DNA from: a virus
Virus record (IMG/VR): IMGVR_UViG_3300048592_000962
Coordinates: 95,873-159,872 of that record
Direction: 5' to 3' (one strand)
DNA: 64,000 nt
Below, in pieces: positions 9,614-20,701 of this stretch. Every line of letters starts with the position of its first letter. Positions within the stretch are counted from its first letter, which is position 1. The translations under genes were made by a program, and so were the position numbers. The notes under the pieces are model-generated. The model did no database searches. It worked only from the letters and a program-made list of their open reading frames with translations, and was not told where the DNA came from.

Positions 9614-12100
9614 CCTCGTCCTTCTCGAATGGCTTTCTGAGAACGTCTTTCACGCGGGTCAAACCCACGTGCCCACAATCGAGGCACCGGTACTGCACTC
9701 GGTACTGCAAAACTCGGCGCCCACCAGTGCCGCACTGAGACTTGGTCAGAGGTTTCGTGACCCCCGTGCGCACGAGATTCGTCCCGCACGAAATGCGCCG
9801 TTGCATTTCGAAGAAATTCCGGCGGCACTTCGAGCATCGAAGAGTCAAAGGCTGACCGGTGCCCGCATTGGTTCCAGGCACTACGCGCCCGCTTTCCGTG
9901 GACGCTTCGCCAGCGTCGGTTCGTTGTACTGAGCCACAGAGCCGACCGGAACGACTCTGACGGCAGCTTCTCGAACCACGTCAGCAGGAACGGCGATGTC
10001 CGTTCCGCGGATCCTCTCGATCCGCGCCGCCTCTTCCTCTGTATAGAGACCAGCGTCGTCGACGCGGACCGTGTATCCGCTACCCTTCGGCCTCCACCAC
10101 AGAGCATCATCTCCCTGCGGCGACTCGCGACACAGGATGTAGTAGAGCTTCTTCACCTCGGACCACCTCCGTTCTTGCGCCACACGAGAAACGTGCTTCC
10201 CACGCCGAACAGTGCGGCATAGCCGAGCATGATGTACTCCGGCAAGCCAAGCCACCCCGGATTGTAGATCGAGAAGGCGATGCCGAAACCGAAGGTGACT
10301 CCCATCAGCCACGCAGTGAATACGTTGCGTGCAGGATACCGATGGCCCCACCACTCTGACTGCTCTTGCTCGTCTTTGCTGTCCATGTTACCCGTGCGTC
10401 GGTTCGCCGTTGATCGAGCAATCCATGCAGTCGCACGGCGGCTGGTCGAACACCTCGTCCCACCCGAGCGCGAGCTTCACCTCAACGGTCCCGTCGACGT
10501 AGTCGAACGAATGTCTTCCGTGTCCCACTCCTTGCGCCTTGCGTCTGTAGACTGCGGAGCGAGTGGTCCAGATCGCAGCGCCGGAGGCTGCTTTGTCCGC
10601 GACGACCTCGAACCTGCGAAGACGAGCGGTTGAGGTCACCGCTCGCCGCACAGCTTCCTGGATACCCAGCCTGTCCGAAGCTGGCGTGGGCACGAAGAAT
10701 CGGACGAGCTTCACCGTCTCGATGCCGTCTGCACGCGTCCACCGAACCTGCGCGCACATGCGAACACGGTCGTCGGGCATCACCTCTTCTCCATCGCGCG
10801 GTCGAGAGCCACCTCTGCCTGGGCGAACGCCTTGCGTCGCTCCCGAAGCCTGAGCGCCTCGCGACGAATGATGTCTACTGCCTTCGCCGAGTCATCGTCG
10901 TCCAACAGGTCGGCCAGCAGGTCGGCCTCGTGCAGCACCGCCCCCTCCTGGGACTGCACCATGCGGAACGCCTTCTGATACTGGATTGCCGCCTCGATCT
11001 GCTCCGTCGTCCGCTCGACAACCCACCCCGAATCGGACACCACCGTCCACCGCCTATCCTTCCCGCGGCCGACACCCTTGGTAACCCTTGCGTCCCCCAC
11101 CTCGCCGTCGTCGTCCATCACGGCGACGACGCTTCCAACATCGAACGCCCTCATCGAGTAGCTCCACGCCCGTGAGGGGACGTGACCACGACCCGGCTCG
11201 CCGGAACAATGTGGAAACCCCACGTGTGAAGAAGCGCAACGAGGACGTACGTGTCGTTGTGCTTGTCCGACTGAAACGTGTCCATGACCACGGCATCCAT
11301 CCGAGTGGCGTCCGCGCCACCGCCCAGAACGTCCTGATCCAGCTCGTGAGACATGTCCACGATGCAGATGTCGCCCGTGCCGGGGCGCAGCGCCGTGTTC
11401 GGCTCGCTCGGATCCGATGGACGAAGGATGGCGTCAAGGCGAGCGGTCACGTCCACAAGCTCTCCGTGAGCCCGGAGCGCGCCTGGATCGCGATATCGCT
11501 GACTCTCTGCCGTCAACTCCTCGGCGCGCAGATGCGTAACGCCGCGCAGCGCCCCAATCTCGCGCCGCATCCTGTCCGACTCGGCGACCGCGGCATCTCG
11601 CTCGGCCTCCAAGCGTGCGCACCGCACGATGTACTCGTCGCGAGCTTCACCCGCCTCCGCCGCGATCTTCGGATCGATCATTTCTTGTCTCCTAAACCAG
11701 AGTAATAAGGCGTGAGCGCGACGCATCTTTCAGAGCGAGCATTGCGTCTCTATCCTTCTGCAACTCCATCTTCCAATGATTGACAGCCGCGCCACGAAGC
11801 TCGAACCGGTTCGCACGACGAATCTTCAACAGTAGACCACGAGCGAATCTAACTCGCGCCCGTGTCACAAACAGGTGATCTACCCAGGCACAATTCGAGT
11901 CATCTCCAGGCCAGCGGTGGAAATCATCCGCTTCTATGGACGCCTGGAGCACTGCGGCTTTCGACAGCTCCTGGCCAACCCGTGTTCTCCGCGCATTCTC
12001 GGCACGACGCGCCGCGCGGATTTGACGTCGCCGCTCTGCGACCTCCACCTCTTTGATCCAGATTAGGTGGCGTCCCAGCCTGGGATGCTCCCGAGGCCAT

Positions 12101-12406
12101 TCACGCCTCATCGTCATCACCGTCAACTGCGTGCTTGTTGTTCCCGACTTCTTCGTGCCAACGAAAGAACAGCTCCAGTTTCTGTTCAGAGCGCAGCATG
12201 ACCGCAGCCTCGTCCAGACCATGCACGGAGATGACAAACGCGCAGGCCGCGAACACGTCTGCGATCTCCTCCTGAAGACGCCGCGGCAACGGTGGTCCCC
12301 CATCCGGATGCTCATCCGTCGTGAAGTACGCGAGGCGCTTTCCGCAGACCTGCTGCAACTCGCCGCACTCCTCGATCAACTTCGCGAGTCCATCGGCTGC
12401 CATCAT
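12101..12406 (-). CDS. MazG-like nucleotide pyrophosphohydrolase
   Basis: LIEECGELQQVCGK...LQEEIADV. Confidence 0.7.
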   Translation of the reverse strand: MMAADGLAKLIEECGELQQVCGKRLAYFTTDEHPDGGPPLPRRLQEEIADVFAACAFVISVHGLDEAAVMLRSEQKLELFFRWHEEVGNNKHAVDGDDDEA

Positions 12407-12830
12407 CACGAGCCTCCCCTTCTGAACCGATCCCACCGCTTCCGACGCCACAGCGCGGCATCTTCCGCCTCTGCCCATGCTCGACGCGCCTGAACTAGCT
12501 CTGCCGTCGTCTCCTGCTGCCCTCTGCGTGCGTCGGCGATGTCTGAGGTCAGCTCCCGCTGACGTTGGCCCGCACGGAGAAGCTGGTCCGTGAGCGATCG
12601 CTGGTAGTGCCTTGCGTCACCCATGGAAGGCGCCCCCGTCGTCAGCCCAGCGGTCGAGAGCATCTCGCATCTCACGACGTTCACGAAAAAGCGCGAAGAC
12701 CTCCGTGGGGTCAAGCCATCCCATCCAGAAGAGACACATCAAGGCGACGCGTCGAACCTCTTCGGGCGAACGCTTTGCGTATGGCAGCAGCATCGGCAGA
12801 GCCGGCCCAGTTACGTCGTCCGTTGCCATC

Positions 12831-13148
12831 TCAGTCCTTCTCGCCCAGCTCGCTCACGTCCCAGTCTCCGATCAGCTTCACCGCGCCAATCTCGATGACG
12901 TCGCCTGGGATGATTCGCGACTTGATGTACCTCACGAGGTTCACGAACGTGCCGCTGGGGGCGCCGAGATCGAGGATGAAGACGTCGTGCGGTCCCTCTG
13001 CCTCGATGACCGCATGCATGCGCGACACACCGGGGTACTGCAACCGAAGCTCGTTCGAGGCAAGGCTTCCGATTCTGATGGACTCTCTATCGAACGTCTC
13101 CGTTCGAATGAGATCGTCGCCCACGTACACCTGAAATGTGAGCTTCAT
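12831..13148 (-). CDS. Stand-alone FHA domain protein resembling the N-terminus of myxobacterial GltG
   Basis: IRIG, VSRMHAVIE, DLG...GTFVN, GDVIEIG. Confidence 0.8.
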   Translation of the reverse strand: MKLTFQVYVGDDLIRTETFDRESIRIGSLASNELRLQYPGVSRMHAVIEAEGPHDVFILDLGAPSGTFVNLVRYIKSRIIPGDVIEIGAVKLIGDWDVSELGEKD

Positions 13149-14295
13149 TGCGATGCCAAAATCTTGTCGAGTTCGTTGAGCACCCACTGACGACTCAAGC
13201 GATCGTGCGCAGAGCTGTCCACGTGTCGGCGAAGTTCGTGCATAGCATTGAGCCGCCGAGCGTGGACGACCAGCTCTCCTGCGGCCCCAGAAGCTATCAA
13301 CACTTCGGACAGCAGTGTCTGCCAGACTTCGGGGTCGCTCAGTGTTGTGCCGCGAGATTTCAGGTTGAACCCGTAATGCTTCGCGACCACCTTGCTCACC
13401 ATGTCGCGGAAGGTCTCCCAGGGCTCCGGGTGAAGCTCCACGGCGCGGTCGAGCCCCATGGCTGCAACAACCTCGACCGGCAGTGAGGTCTCGTCTCTGC
13501 CGTCGGAGCGTCCGATCACCAGAAGTCCTTCGTGCTCGTTCATCTGGAACCCGCACGGGAGCGCCTCCGAAAAGCCTTTCTTCACTCGCTGCTGCATCTC
13601 GTTCACCCCTTGGAAAGGATCTCGTCGAGCCAGTTGGCCACGCTGGAGCACGGGACATCGTCGTCGGGATGGGCTTTCCGCATCGAGTCTCGCATCTCCC
13701 TCAGGTCGTGCTCGATGCGCTCCTTGCGTGCCACCATCGCAGCCCACGTCGCATGCGCGTCCGCAACAGCCTTCGATACGCCGTGCTCGCCGAGGTAGTG
13801 GCCGCCATCGCGATGGATCACCGCGAGCAGGTCGTCGCGCTCGAACTCAGCTTTGCGCAGGAGGTCGCGCAATCGCGCAAGCTCGGTCCGCAGCGCGGTA
13901 GTCTCTGGGCTTGATTCGCCAGTCAGCTCATCGCGCTCCTGATCTGAGAGCGCGGACCAGAACGGCTGGACGTTGTCCGAGACCAACTCCGCGAACTCCT
14001 CGTCACCGCGCTCTCTCGCTTGGCGCGCAACACGTTCGAGGAACAGGTACAGATCGAGACGGTGGGTCACGAAACCTTCTCCAGAGCGTACGTGCGCACG
14101 AGCTTCACGCGAGTTCCCGACGCGTAATCTTCCGCGTCCATCGCCGCGGTGAAGCCCATGTGGATGAACCGGTTTCCGCCGGTCACCGTCGGCCGCCCGT
14201 CGCTCCCGACGCTTCTCCACACGTGTGTCCCGTCGCGACGCCGCACGCACTCGTAGATCGAATCGCTGCTGTATTGCCGCCCGAGCACCGCTGCA

Positions 14296-14976
14296 TCAGA
14301 CATCATCATCCTCCTGGCTGCGCATCGTGCCCCACGGCTTCCAAACGATCGGGTCAGAAGGCCGATACAACGTCTCGTGGTACTTCGCCTGCACGTAGGT
14401 CTGGGCGTGACCCCAGCAATCGGCCTCGAACTCTTCGAGCAGGAACGGTTCCTCCAAGTCGAGGAGCGTCAGGTCTCGTAAAGCCGGGTCGTCCATGGTC
14501 TCTTTGAGCACCATTACGCTCGGGAACTTGGACCCCTTCTCGCCGTAGACGACCACGGTTCTCGTGGGGCGCGCCGGCTTATGCGTTTGTTGTTCCGACG
14601 CGCCCGTCGCGCACGCGGCGCCAGACGGAGGTGGAACGCGACTGCGAACGGCGCAGTCCTTGGCTTCAAGAAGAAGGCGAAGGCAGTGAGAGAGATCGTC
14701 CTCCATGTACAGCCACGCCGCGCGGAACGCGTGCATCCTGTGCCTCGCCGTGTTCCACTCAGCGGCTGCCGCCGTATCGTGAAGCGGTTCGGGCCCCAGT
14801 TTTTCGACGATGCGCGTCCAACACGCCTTCGCTTCGTCCGTGAAGACCCGCTGCTCGGACAAACCCGCAATCAAGTACGCCAAGTCGGCGAACGAGGACG
14901 AAAGCTCGCGAAGATGCGGCGGCAGGTGACTCCAGGCGAAGTAGCGGAGAATGGGCGGTGCCAAGTTGTCGCTCAT
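14296..14976 (-). CDS. Conserved phage protein (HLP.HL / LLEAKDCAVR type) with extra C-terminal domain
   Basis: YFAWSHLPPHL...LLEAKDCAVR. Confidence 0.6.
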   Translation of the reverse strand: MSDNLAPPILRYFAWSHLPPHLRELSSSFADLAYLIAGLSEQRVFTDEAKACWTRIVEKLGPEPLHDTAAAAEWNTARHRMHAFRAAWLYMEDDLSHCLRLLLEAKDCAVRSRVPPPSGAACATGASEQQTHKPARPTRTVVVYGEKGSKFPSVMVLKETMDDPALRDLTLLDLEEPFLLEEFEADCWGHAQTYVQAKYHETLYRPSDPIVWKPWGTMRSQEDDDV

Positions 14977-15401
14977 CTTCTGATTACCTTCTGGAGCTGC
15001 GCGAGAGCGGGCGGCGGCCCTTCTCCGGCGGGACACACGTAGAACACGGGGACGTCGCTCAAGCGGATGGCCAGAAAGCGCAGCGCCCTCGTTGTCGCCT
15101 CTTTAGCCGACCGCGCACGGATGCCAGTCACCGAAGGTTTGTCCGTGTCGGTCGCGAACCATGCTTCCCACCACCCTGCCCCGTCGAAAGCAGGCCTGTC
15201 GCCTTGCTCTTGCTGCCCCATCTCGCCGCCCCTCTTCGCAAGAAGTGCCGTCTCTCCGGCTGTCACGCCCTTGGGGCTGACGTTGCCCTCACCTCCTAAG
15301 GCGAGATCCACCGCGAGCTGCGCCCGTTTGAAGCGGACGGTCGGGCTCGCACCGCGTCTGTACCGCGAGACCACGCTAGCAGGGTCGTCGGCAGCGGTCA
15401 A

Positions 15402-15488
15402 TAGATACCTTTAGATACCTTTACGACAGGTCACATAATATCGATTATGTATTTTCTTTTTGACCCGTTGGGAATATTGACGTAGCTT
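15402..15488 (+). promoter_or_regulatory. AT-rich control region: tandem repeat, palindrome and promoter
   Basis: TAGATACCTT x2 (15402-15421); ACATAAT-n4-ATTATGT (15433-15450); TTGACC-17-TAGCTT (15460-15488). Confidence 0.6.
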
Positions 15489-15497
15489 GTCTCTCGT

Positions 15498-16400
15498 ATG
15501 TCGACACCCAGGAAGGCCCCCAAGCCGTCGCGTGGCAGACCTCGAAAGGAGGCGGTGCCCTATGAGGCGCCCACGGCAGACGAGATGAGGCACGGGGCGT
15601 TCCTGCGCTGCGTTCAGTGTGAGAAGGAGTGGCCGCTACGCCTGGCCGTGCCGAAAGCGAGACGCTGCGCAAACTGCGCTCGGGAATCTTGGCGCTCCAA
15701 GAAGACTGACCCGGTAGAGCGCGAGCCGGCCGACTGGCCGCGCAAGCCCAAGAATGACTACGTGCCGCCAACAGCGGATGATCGCAAGCACGGCAACTTT
15801 CTGCACTGTGTCGAGTGTGAACGAGATTGGCCTCTTCAGTTTACCGTGCCCAGCCTCGATCGCTGCGTAAACTGCGCGCGAGGCTGGTGGCGTGCCCAGA
15901 AGACCGAGCGAACCGGTCATCGATGGAGCAAGTACGGACTAACGCCAACCGACGTTCTTGAAATGCTTTCCGAGCAAAGCAGCAGGTGTGCGATCTGCTC
16001 GAAAGCTATTACGGCAGAAAAATGCCACGTTGACCACGACCATTCGACCGGAGCAATCCGCGGACTACTCTGCAAGCGGTGTAACTGCTCGATCGGGCAC
16101 TTCGATGAGGACCCCGTCATCCTTCGCATGGCCGCTACGTACATCGAGCGCCACCGCAACAAGCCATCGCCTACACGTCCTCGCGTCATGCGGACGGTGC
16201 CCAAAATCCCTTTGCGTCCAAAGAAGCCTTTCCATTTCGTGACCCGAGATGGCGAACGTATCGACCTAAAGGATCCGACCACGCGCGAGCGGCTGGCCAC
16301 GGACACCGTGCTGCGACGCGAAATGGATGCGTTCTGGGCTCACAAGTTCTCCGACAAATCCAAGAGCGGCCGGTCGCCTAACGGAGACGATGAGTCATGA
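15498..16400 (+). CDS. Endonuclease VII-family (HNH-type) nuclease with duplicated N-terminal Zn fingers
   Basis: KYGLT...Q..RCAIC...HVDHDH.TG.IRGLLC..CN..IG; two CxxC..WP..CxxC repeats; GRPRK. Confidence 0.85.
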   Translation: MSTPRKAPKPSRGRPRKEAVPYEAPTADEMRHGAFLRCVQCEKEWPLRLAVPKARRCANCARESWRSKKTDPVEREPADWPRKPKNDYVPPTADDRKHGNFLHCVECERDWPLQFTVPSLDRCVNCARGWWRAQKTERTGHRWSKYGLTPTDVLEMLSEQSSRCAICSKAITAEKCHVDHDHSTGAIRGLLCKRCNCSIGHFDEDPVILRMAATYIERHRNKPSPTRPRVMRTVPKIPLRPKKPFHFVTRDGERIDLKDPTTRERLATDTVLRREMDAFWAHKFSDKSKSGRSPNGDDES

Positions 16401-16909
16401 CTCATAACGAAGTGTCTTCGCTGCGTTCTCGCCTGAAGATGTCGCGCGCCCAGTTCGCGCGGCTGACGGGGGTCGACGTTCGCACCGTGTCGCGCTGGGA
16501 GTCGCCAAACGGTCCCCGGCCGACGGGCGCAGGGGCCGCCGTGATCCGTGCGATCGTCGAGGCGATCGCGCTGCGCCCCCACGTGGAGGACAAGAACCTC
16601 CTGATTGAATCGATTCGTCGCGACGTCGAAATCGGCGGACTCTCCTACCTCCTCGTCCGCCTTCTCCAAGAGCGCCGCGTCGAGCACAAGCCCCCAGAAG
16701 AACAGGTGAGAGCCCGCATACAGCAGCAGAGCCAGGAAGCTTTGGCTCGGATGATCGTTGCGCTGACGGAAAGCGGCGTGTCGATTGAGCGCAAGAAAGA
16801 TGTCCCGTACTTCTTCGCGGACGGTGAGAAGATCGTGCGCCTGCTGAACAACGAGCGAACGCTCGGGCGCATCGCGGGCGGTCAGTTCGTCGCCGACCCA
16901 GAGACGTGA
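16397..16909 (+). CDS. XRE-family HTH protein
   Basis: LRSRLKMSRAQFARLTGVDVRTVSRWE. Confidence 0.75.
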   Translation: MTHNEVSSLRSRLKMSRAQFARLTGVDVRTVSRWESPNGPRPTGAGAAVIRAIVEAIALRPHVEDKNLLIESIRRDVEIGGLSYLLVRLLQERRVEHKPPEEQVRARIQQQSQEALARMIVALTESGVSIERKKDVPYFFADGEKIVRLLNNERTLGRIAGGQFVADPET

Positions 16910-16970
16910 GCGGTCTCGAAGCGCCAACGTTCGACCGGGATGACCTTGTGTGGAGACTTCTTCGACTTCT

Positions 16971-17549
16971 TCACGTGTCGTCCTTTCCAGAGGCTCGTTC
17001 CGCGGCGCCATCGACAAGAACCAAATGTCCAGCCGGCTCGTAGCAAAACACCGCCGAAGCAATGTCTGCGGTCCGCGCAACGATCCGGTACCTCGCCATC
17101 AAACAGGCGACAAGGCCGCCGTCACGAAGTTGACGATTTTCGAGCTGAATGCGGCTGTCCGACGGGAGCAAGTATTCGCGTGGGAACGCTCCCCCAAACA
17201 GCTCAAGCTCCGGATACAAGTCCGGAGGCTTCAACATGGATGGCCATCCGTCTCCGTAGAAAACAACAACATGGCCGTCGCCCTGCCGAGACTCGGTCGG
17301 TGGCGGCATCATGGCGTGATTCTCGTCCCACGCCCGTTGCTCCACGACAAGCGCGTGGCTTCGGAACTGCACGTGATATCCGTAGCCCTCGAACGCCTTC
17401 GCTACTTCGCGCTCGAACAGGTTCGTGAGCACGGCGGCGCGGAACATTTCTCGGGCCGGCCAATGCTCCGCGCGTAGCCCGTTGAGTCGCACTCCGTCGA
17501 CCGCGTCGCGAACAATTGCGCGGGCCGCCTCGTAGGACATCCGTGTCAC
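16971..17549 (-). CDS. Hypothetical protein
   Basis: Coding-like ORF. Confidence 0.5.
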   Translation of the reverse strand: MTRMSYEAARAIVRDAVDGVRLNGLRAEHWPAREMFRAAVLTNLFEREVAKAFEGYGYHVQFRSHALVVEQRAWDENHAMMPPPTESRQGDGHVVVFYGDGWPSMLKPPDLYPELELFGGAFPREYLLPSDSRIQLENRQLRDGGLVACLMARYRIVARTADIASAVFCYEPAGHLVLVDGAAERASGKDDT

Positions 17550-18348
17550 GGCTCGTGTCTTCCTGTCGGAGTCTTCATGACTCAGATTCGCAGTCGTCGG
17601 TCATCGCCAGATCGTCAAGTAGGTCGCGGTCTTCCTCGAAGTGCTCGATGATCATCGCGCGAGCCGCGTCCACGTCTCCGCTGTCGAGCGCAGAAAGAAT
17701 CAGCTGCTCTTGGCTGTTGAGGACCGAGTGGTATTCCTCCAGCTGAGGATCGGACTCGACCGGGGGAAGCGCCGGCTGGTCCGCGAGCGTTGGCGGCTTG
17801 CTCAGCAGCTCATCGGTCTTGCGCTGCCACGCGATGCGGGCGAAGAGCGTTGCGGCAAACGAGCCGATGCTGATCCACGCGCACGTCGCGATCACAGGCG
17901 CCGCCGATCCGTCGCGAAGCGCCAACGCAAAGACCACCGGCGGTCCGATCTGCAACGCGATAAACCACCATGCGAACCGCGTCATGGTCTGAACCCGCCT
18001 CTCCAGCATCTTGCGCAGGCAGTCACCGCAATCACTTCGCCACCTTCTTCGGCTTTTCGATCTTCGCGACAGTCGTTGTTTTGACGCGGAGTCGCGTGCC
18101 GATCTCACGACCCCCTGCGTACATGCCCGCGACCACGGGGGCGCCCGGAACCGCGTACGCGCGGGACGCACCAGGCTTTCCGACGATCGTGAACACGCGA
18201 GCCCACAAGCGGTTCTCCCCCGGAGGATCGCCTTCTCGTGGTCCAACGACCTCGTACACCGCTTCTCCCTCGGTCCTCATACTCTCGACGGCCATCGTTC
18301 ACTCCCCTTGTAGGCGCTGATGCGCGCCGGACTCGACGGACTTGCGTT

Positions 18349-18777
18349 TCACTCTTCGATCTCCCCGCCGCTGAGCAGCGTCTCCAACTCGTTCGCGATC
18401 TTCTGCACCTCCAGCGCATGACCCGCCAAGTCACCGCCGAGGTTAGGGACGCTGAACTTACGCAGCGACTCCGCGCGTTCGACCAGCCTCTTCTGGTACA
18501 GCGTGATGCGAGCGACGATCGGCTCGGCGCCAACATCTCTTTGCTCATGCTCTCGAAACGGCTTCCACTCGAACTCGTACTCCGGCAGCCAGTGGTCGCA
18601 CACGGGACAGTGCAGATACGGCGACTTGATGTGCTCTGAGTCGGGACCGAAGCCCTTTGTTCGATGAAAGTCTGCACGGGTGGCTCGCAGTTCTGATCTG
18701 CAACTGGTGCAGACAGCGTCGCCCACCTCTCGGGGCTGCAAGTGCCGCTCTCGCTTGACGAGGATGGTGACGGCCAT
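18349..18777 (-). CDS. Zn-ribbon protein
   Basis: CTSC...CPVC; abuts thyA stop. Confidence 0.55.
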   Translation of the reverse strand: MAVTILVKRERHLQPREVGDAVCTSCRSELRATRADFHRTKGFGPDSEHIKSPYLHCPVCDHWLPEYEFEWKPFREHEQRDVGAEPIVARITLYQKRLVERAESLRKFSVPNLGGDLAGHALEVQKIANELETLLSGGEIEE

Positions 18778-18779
18778 GA

Positions 18780-19634
18780 CTACACCGCCACAGGCGCTGA
18801 GATCCGCGGATGCGGATCGTACCCCTCCAACCGAACATCCTCGAAGCGCATCGAGAACAAGTCCGTGGCATTCGACTCGATGACCACCAGCGGCAAGCGC
18901 CGAGGCTCACGGCCCATCTGCTCCATCGCCTGCTCCACGTGGTTGTTGTAGAGGTGCACGTCGCCGAACGAGTGGACGAACTCGCCGGGCATGAGTCCCG
19001 AGACGTGTGCGAGCATCTCGGTGAGCAGCGCGTAGCTCGCGATGTTGAAGGGCACCCCGAGGAACACGTCCGCACTCCGCTGGTAGAGATGGCAGCTGAG
19101 CTTGTCGTCCTGGACGTAGACCTGGAACAGGGTGTGGCACGGGGGAAGCGCCACCTGGTCCGCCTCGCGAGGGTTCCAGCCGCTGACGATGAGGCGACGG
19201 CTGTTCGGATTGCGACGAATCTCTGCGACGAGCCAGGCCAACTGGTCGAACCCGTCCTTGGCGTACGAGCCATCCTCCAGCTTCGTCGCACCGAAGTTCC
19301 TCCACTGGTGCCCGTAGACGGGGCCGAGGTCACCGGGCTCGCGGCCGAAGCGAGCGCATTGCTCCGGGGTGGCCCACTCGTCCCAGATCGAGACGCCTGC
19401 GTCTTGGAGGGGCTTCACGTGCGTCTCGCCCCGAATGAACCAGAGCAGCTCGTGGAGGATCGACTTGAAGTGCATGCGCTTCGTCGTCAGCAGCGGGAAG
19501 CCCTGCGACAGGTCGAACCGGAGCTGCGCGCCGAACAAGCTGCGGGTCCCGGTGCCCGTGCGATCGCCGCGCCGCGCCCCGCGCTCCATGATCTGCTTCA
19601 CCAAGTCGAGGTACTGAGCATCCACGTGGCCCAT
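18780..19634 (-). CDS. thyA: Thymidylate synthase
   Basis: DRTGTGT, FPLLTTK, ELLWF, LGPVYG.QWR, ALPPCH, YQRSAD.FLGVPFN, H.Y.NH; GGAGG SD at ATG 19634 (ORF open to 19814). Confidence 0.97.
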   Translation of the reverse strand: MGHVDAQYLDLVKQIMERGARRGDRTGTGTRSLFGAQLRFDLSQGFPLLTTKRMHFKSILHELLWFIRGETHVKPLQDAGVSIWDEWATPEQCARFGREPGDLGPVYGHQWRNFGATKLEDGSYAKDGFDQLAWLVAEIRRNPNSRRLIVSGWNPREADQVALPPCHTLFQVYVQDDKLSCHLYQRSADVFLGVPFNIASYALLTEMLAHVSGLMPGEFVHSFGDVHLYNNHVEQAMEQMGREPRRLPLVVIESNATDLFSMRFEDVRLEGYDPHPRISAPVAV

Positions 19635-20461
19635 CTGTATTTCCTCCGCGCACTCGATCTCGATGCCAAAATGGCGACCAAGCTCCACGAGCGCCTCTTT
19701 CTTTCCCGCACGCACGCCACTGCTGAAATCGTCGTGGTGATCCCAGTGGGCAGCGCTGATGCGCTCGTACTCTACCACGAGTCGATCGCGCAACCGCTTC
19801 TGCATCTCAAGCATGCACCCTCAGAAGGTAGTCGGGGTAGAACTGGACTCGATCTCTCTGGTCGACGTCCAGTCCACGTCACGTGTACCGTGAATCGTGA
19901 AGATGTTCTCCAGAGAGCGCCTTAGTAGGCGCTGCGCGCGCCACGAAGACGCTGCCTGCGGTTCATTCTCGTTCACAAGCGCCTCAACGCGAACGACGAT
20001 CCCTCTGTCGCGCTCGTACGCAAACACTTTGCCGACAACTCGCTCTTGCCGACGCCATAGCCACCACCCGACCTGGTAGGCCATGTGTGCGCGGAAGTAC
20101 CCCCCTCCGAGCCTTTCTGCCTTTAGATGCAGCAGCTTCATCGCTTGAGCGCCCGGCGCTGATGCGCCTCCAGCGACGGGTCGATGTCGACCCAGGCGAG
20201 CTTCCAGATCGGAAGCCCCACAACCTCTGCGAGATGCCTGACGCTCGCAAGCATCCGCTCCTGCGCATGCTCGTAACTCGTCATCGAGGTGGTCATGTAA
20301 ACCGCCGACTCCAGCAGGCCGTGGTCCGTCAAATCCCACGGGGGCGCGGAGAACAACCTGAAGCCAATGAACTTCAGCTCCAGCGTCTCTCTGTTCAACT
20401 CGTGCGACATGCACAGCCAACAGTGGTAGGCCCTATCCATGGCTCTCCTTCGCAGCTCGCA

Positions 20462-20701
20462 TCACATGTCTCGTGTCGCGACCCATCCATAAACCTCACC
20501 CTGCACCACGCGCAGAGCGAGCCCCTTGCGCCTCAGCGCATTCAGAATGCGACCAGCTGGACGCGCGTATGCTGCGGCAGTACGAGGCGCCCTGCTCTTG
20601 TGTGCCCACATGGTTGCGCCGAGTTGGCCTGTGTGCTGTGGGCGGTCGCACGAAAGCAGAGACAGCATCTCACGCTCTGCCGGAGTCAGATCCGTAGTCA
20701 C
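20462..20701 (-). CDS. Small winged-helix-like protein (paralogue of 57581-57808)
   Basis: LT.A...ML.LL...PQ.TG.LG..MW...YAR.A...L..L..KGLA shared by both. Confidence 0.55.
   Translation of the reverse strand: MTTDLTPAEREMLSLLSCDRPQHTGQLGATMWAHKSRAPRTAAAYARPAGRILNALRRKGLALRVVQGEVYGWVATRDM

Noticed and set aside
19635-19814. N-terminal extension of ThyA as a novel domain
   Set aside because: Strong SD at ATG 19634; the extension is more likely an in-frame upstream mini-gene or untranslated, and cannot be resolved here.
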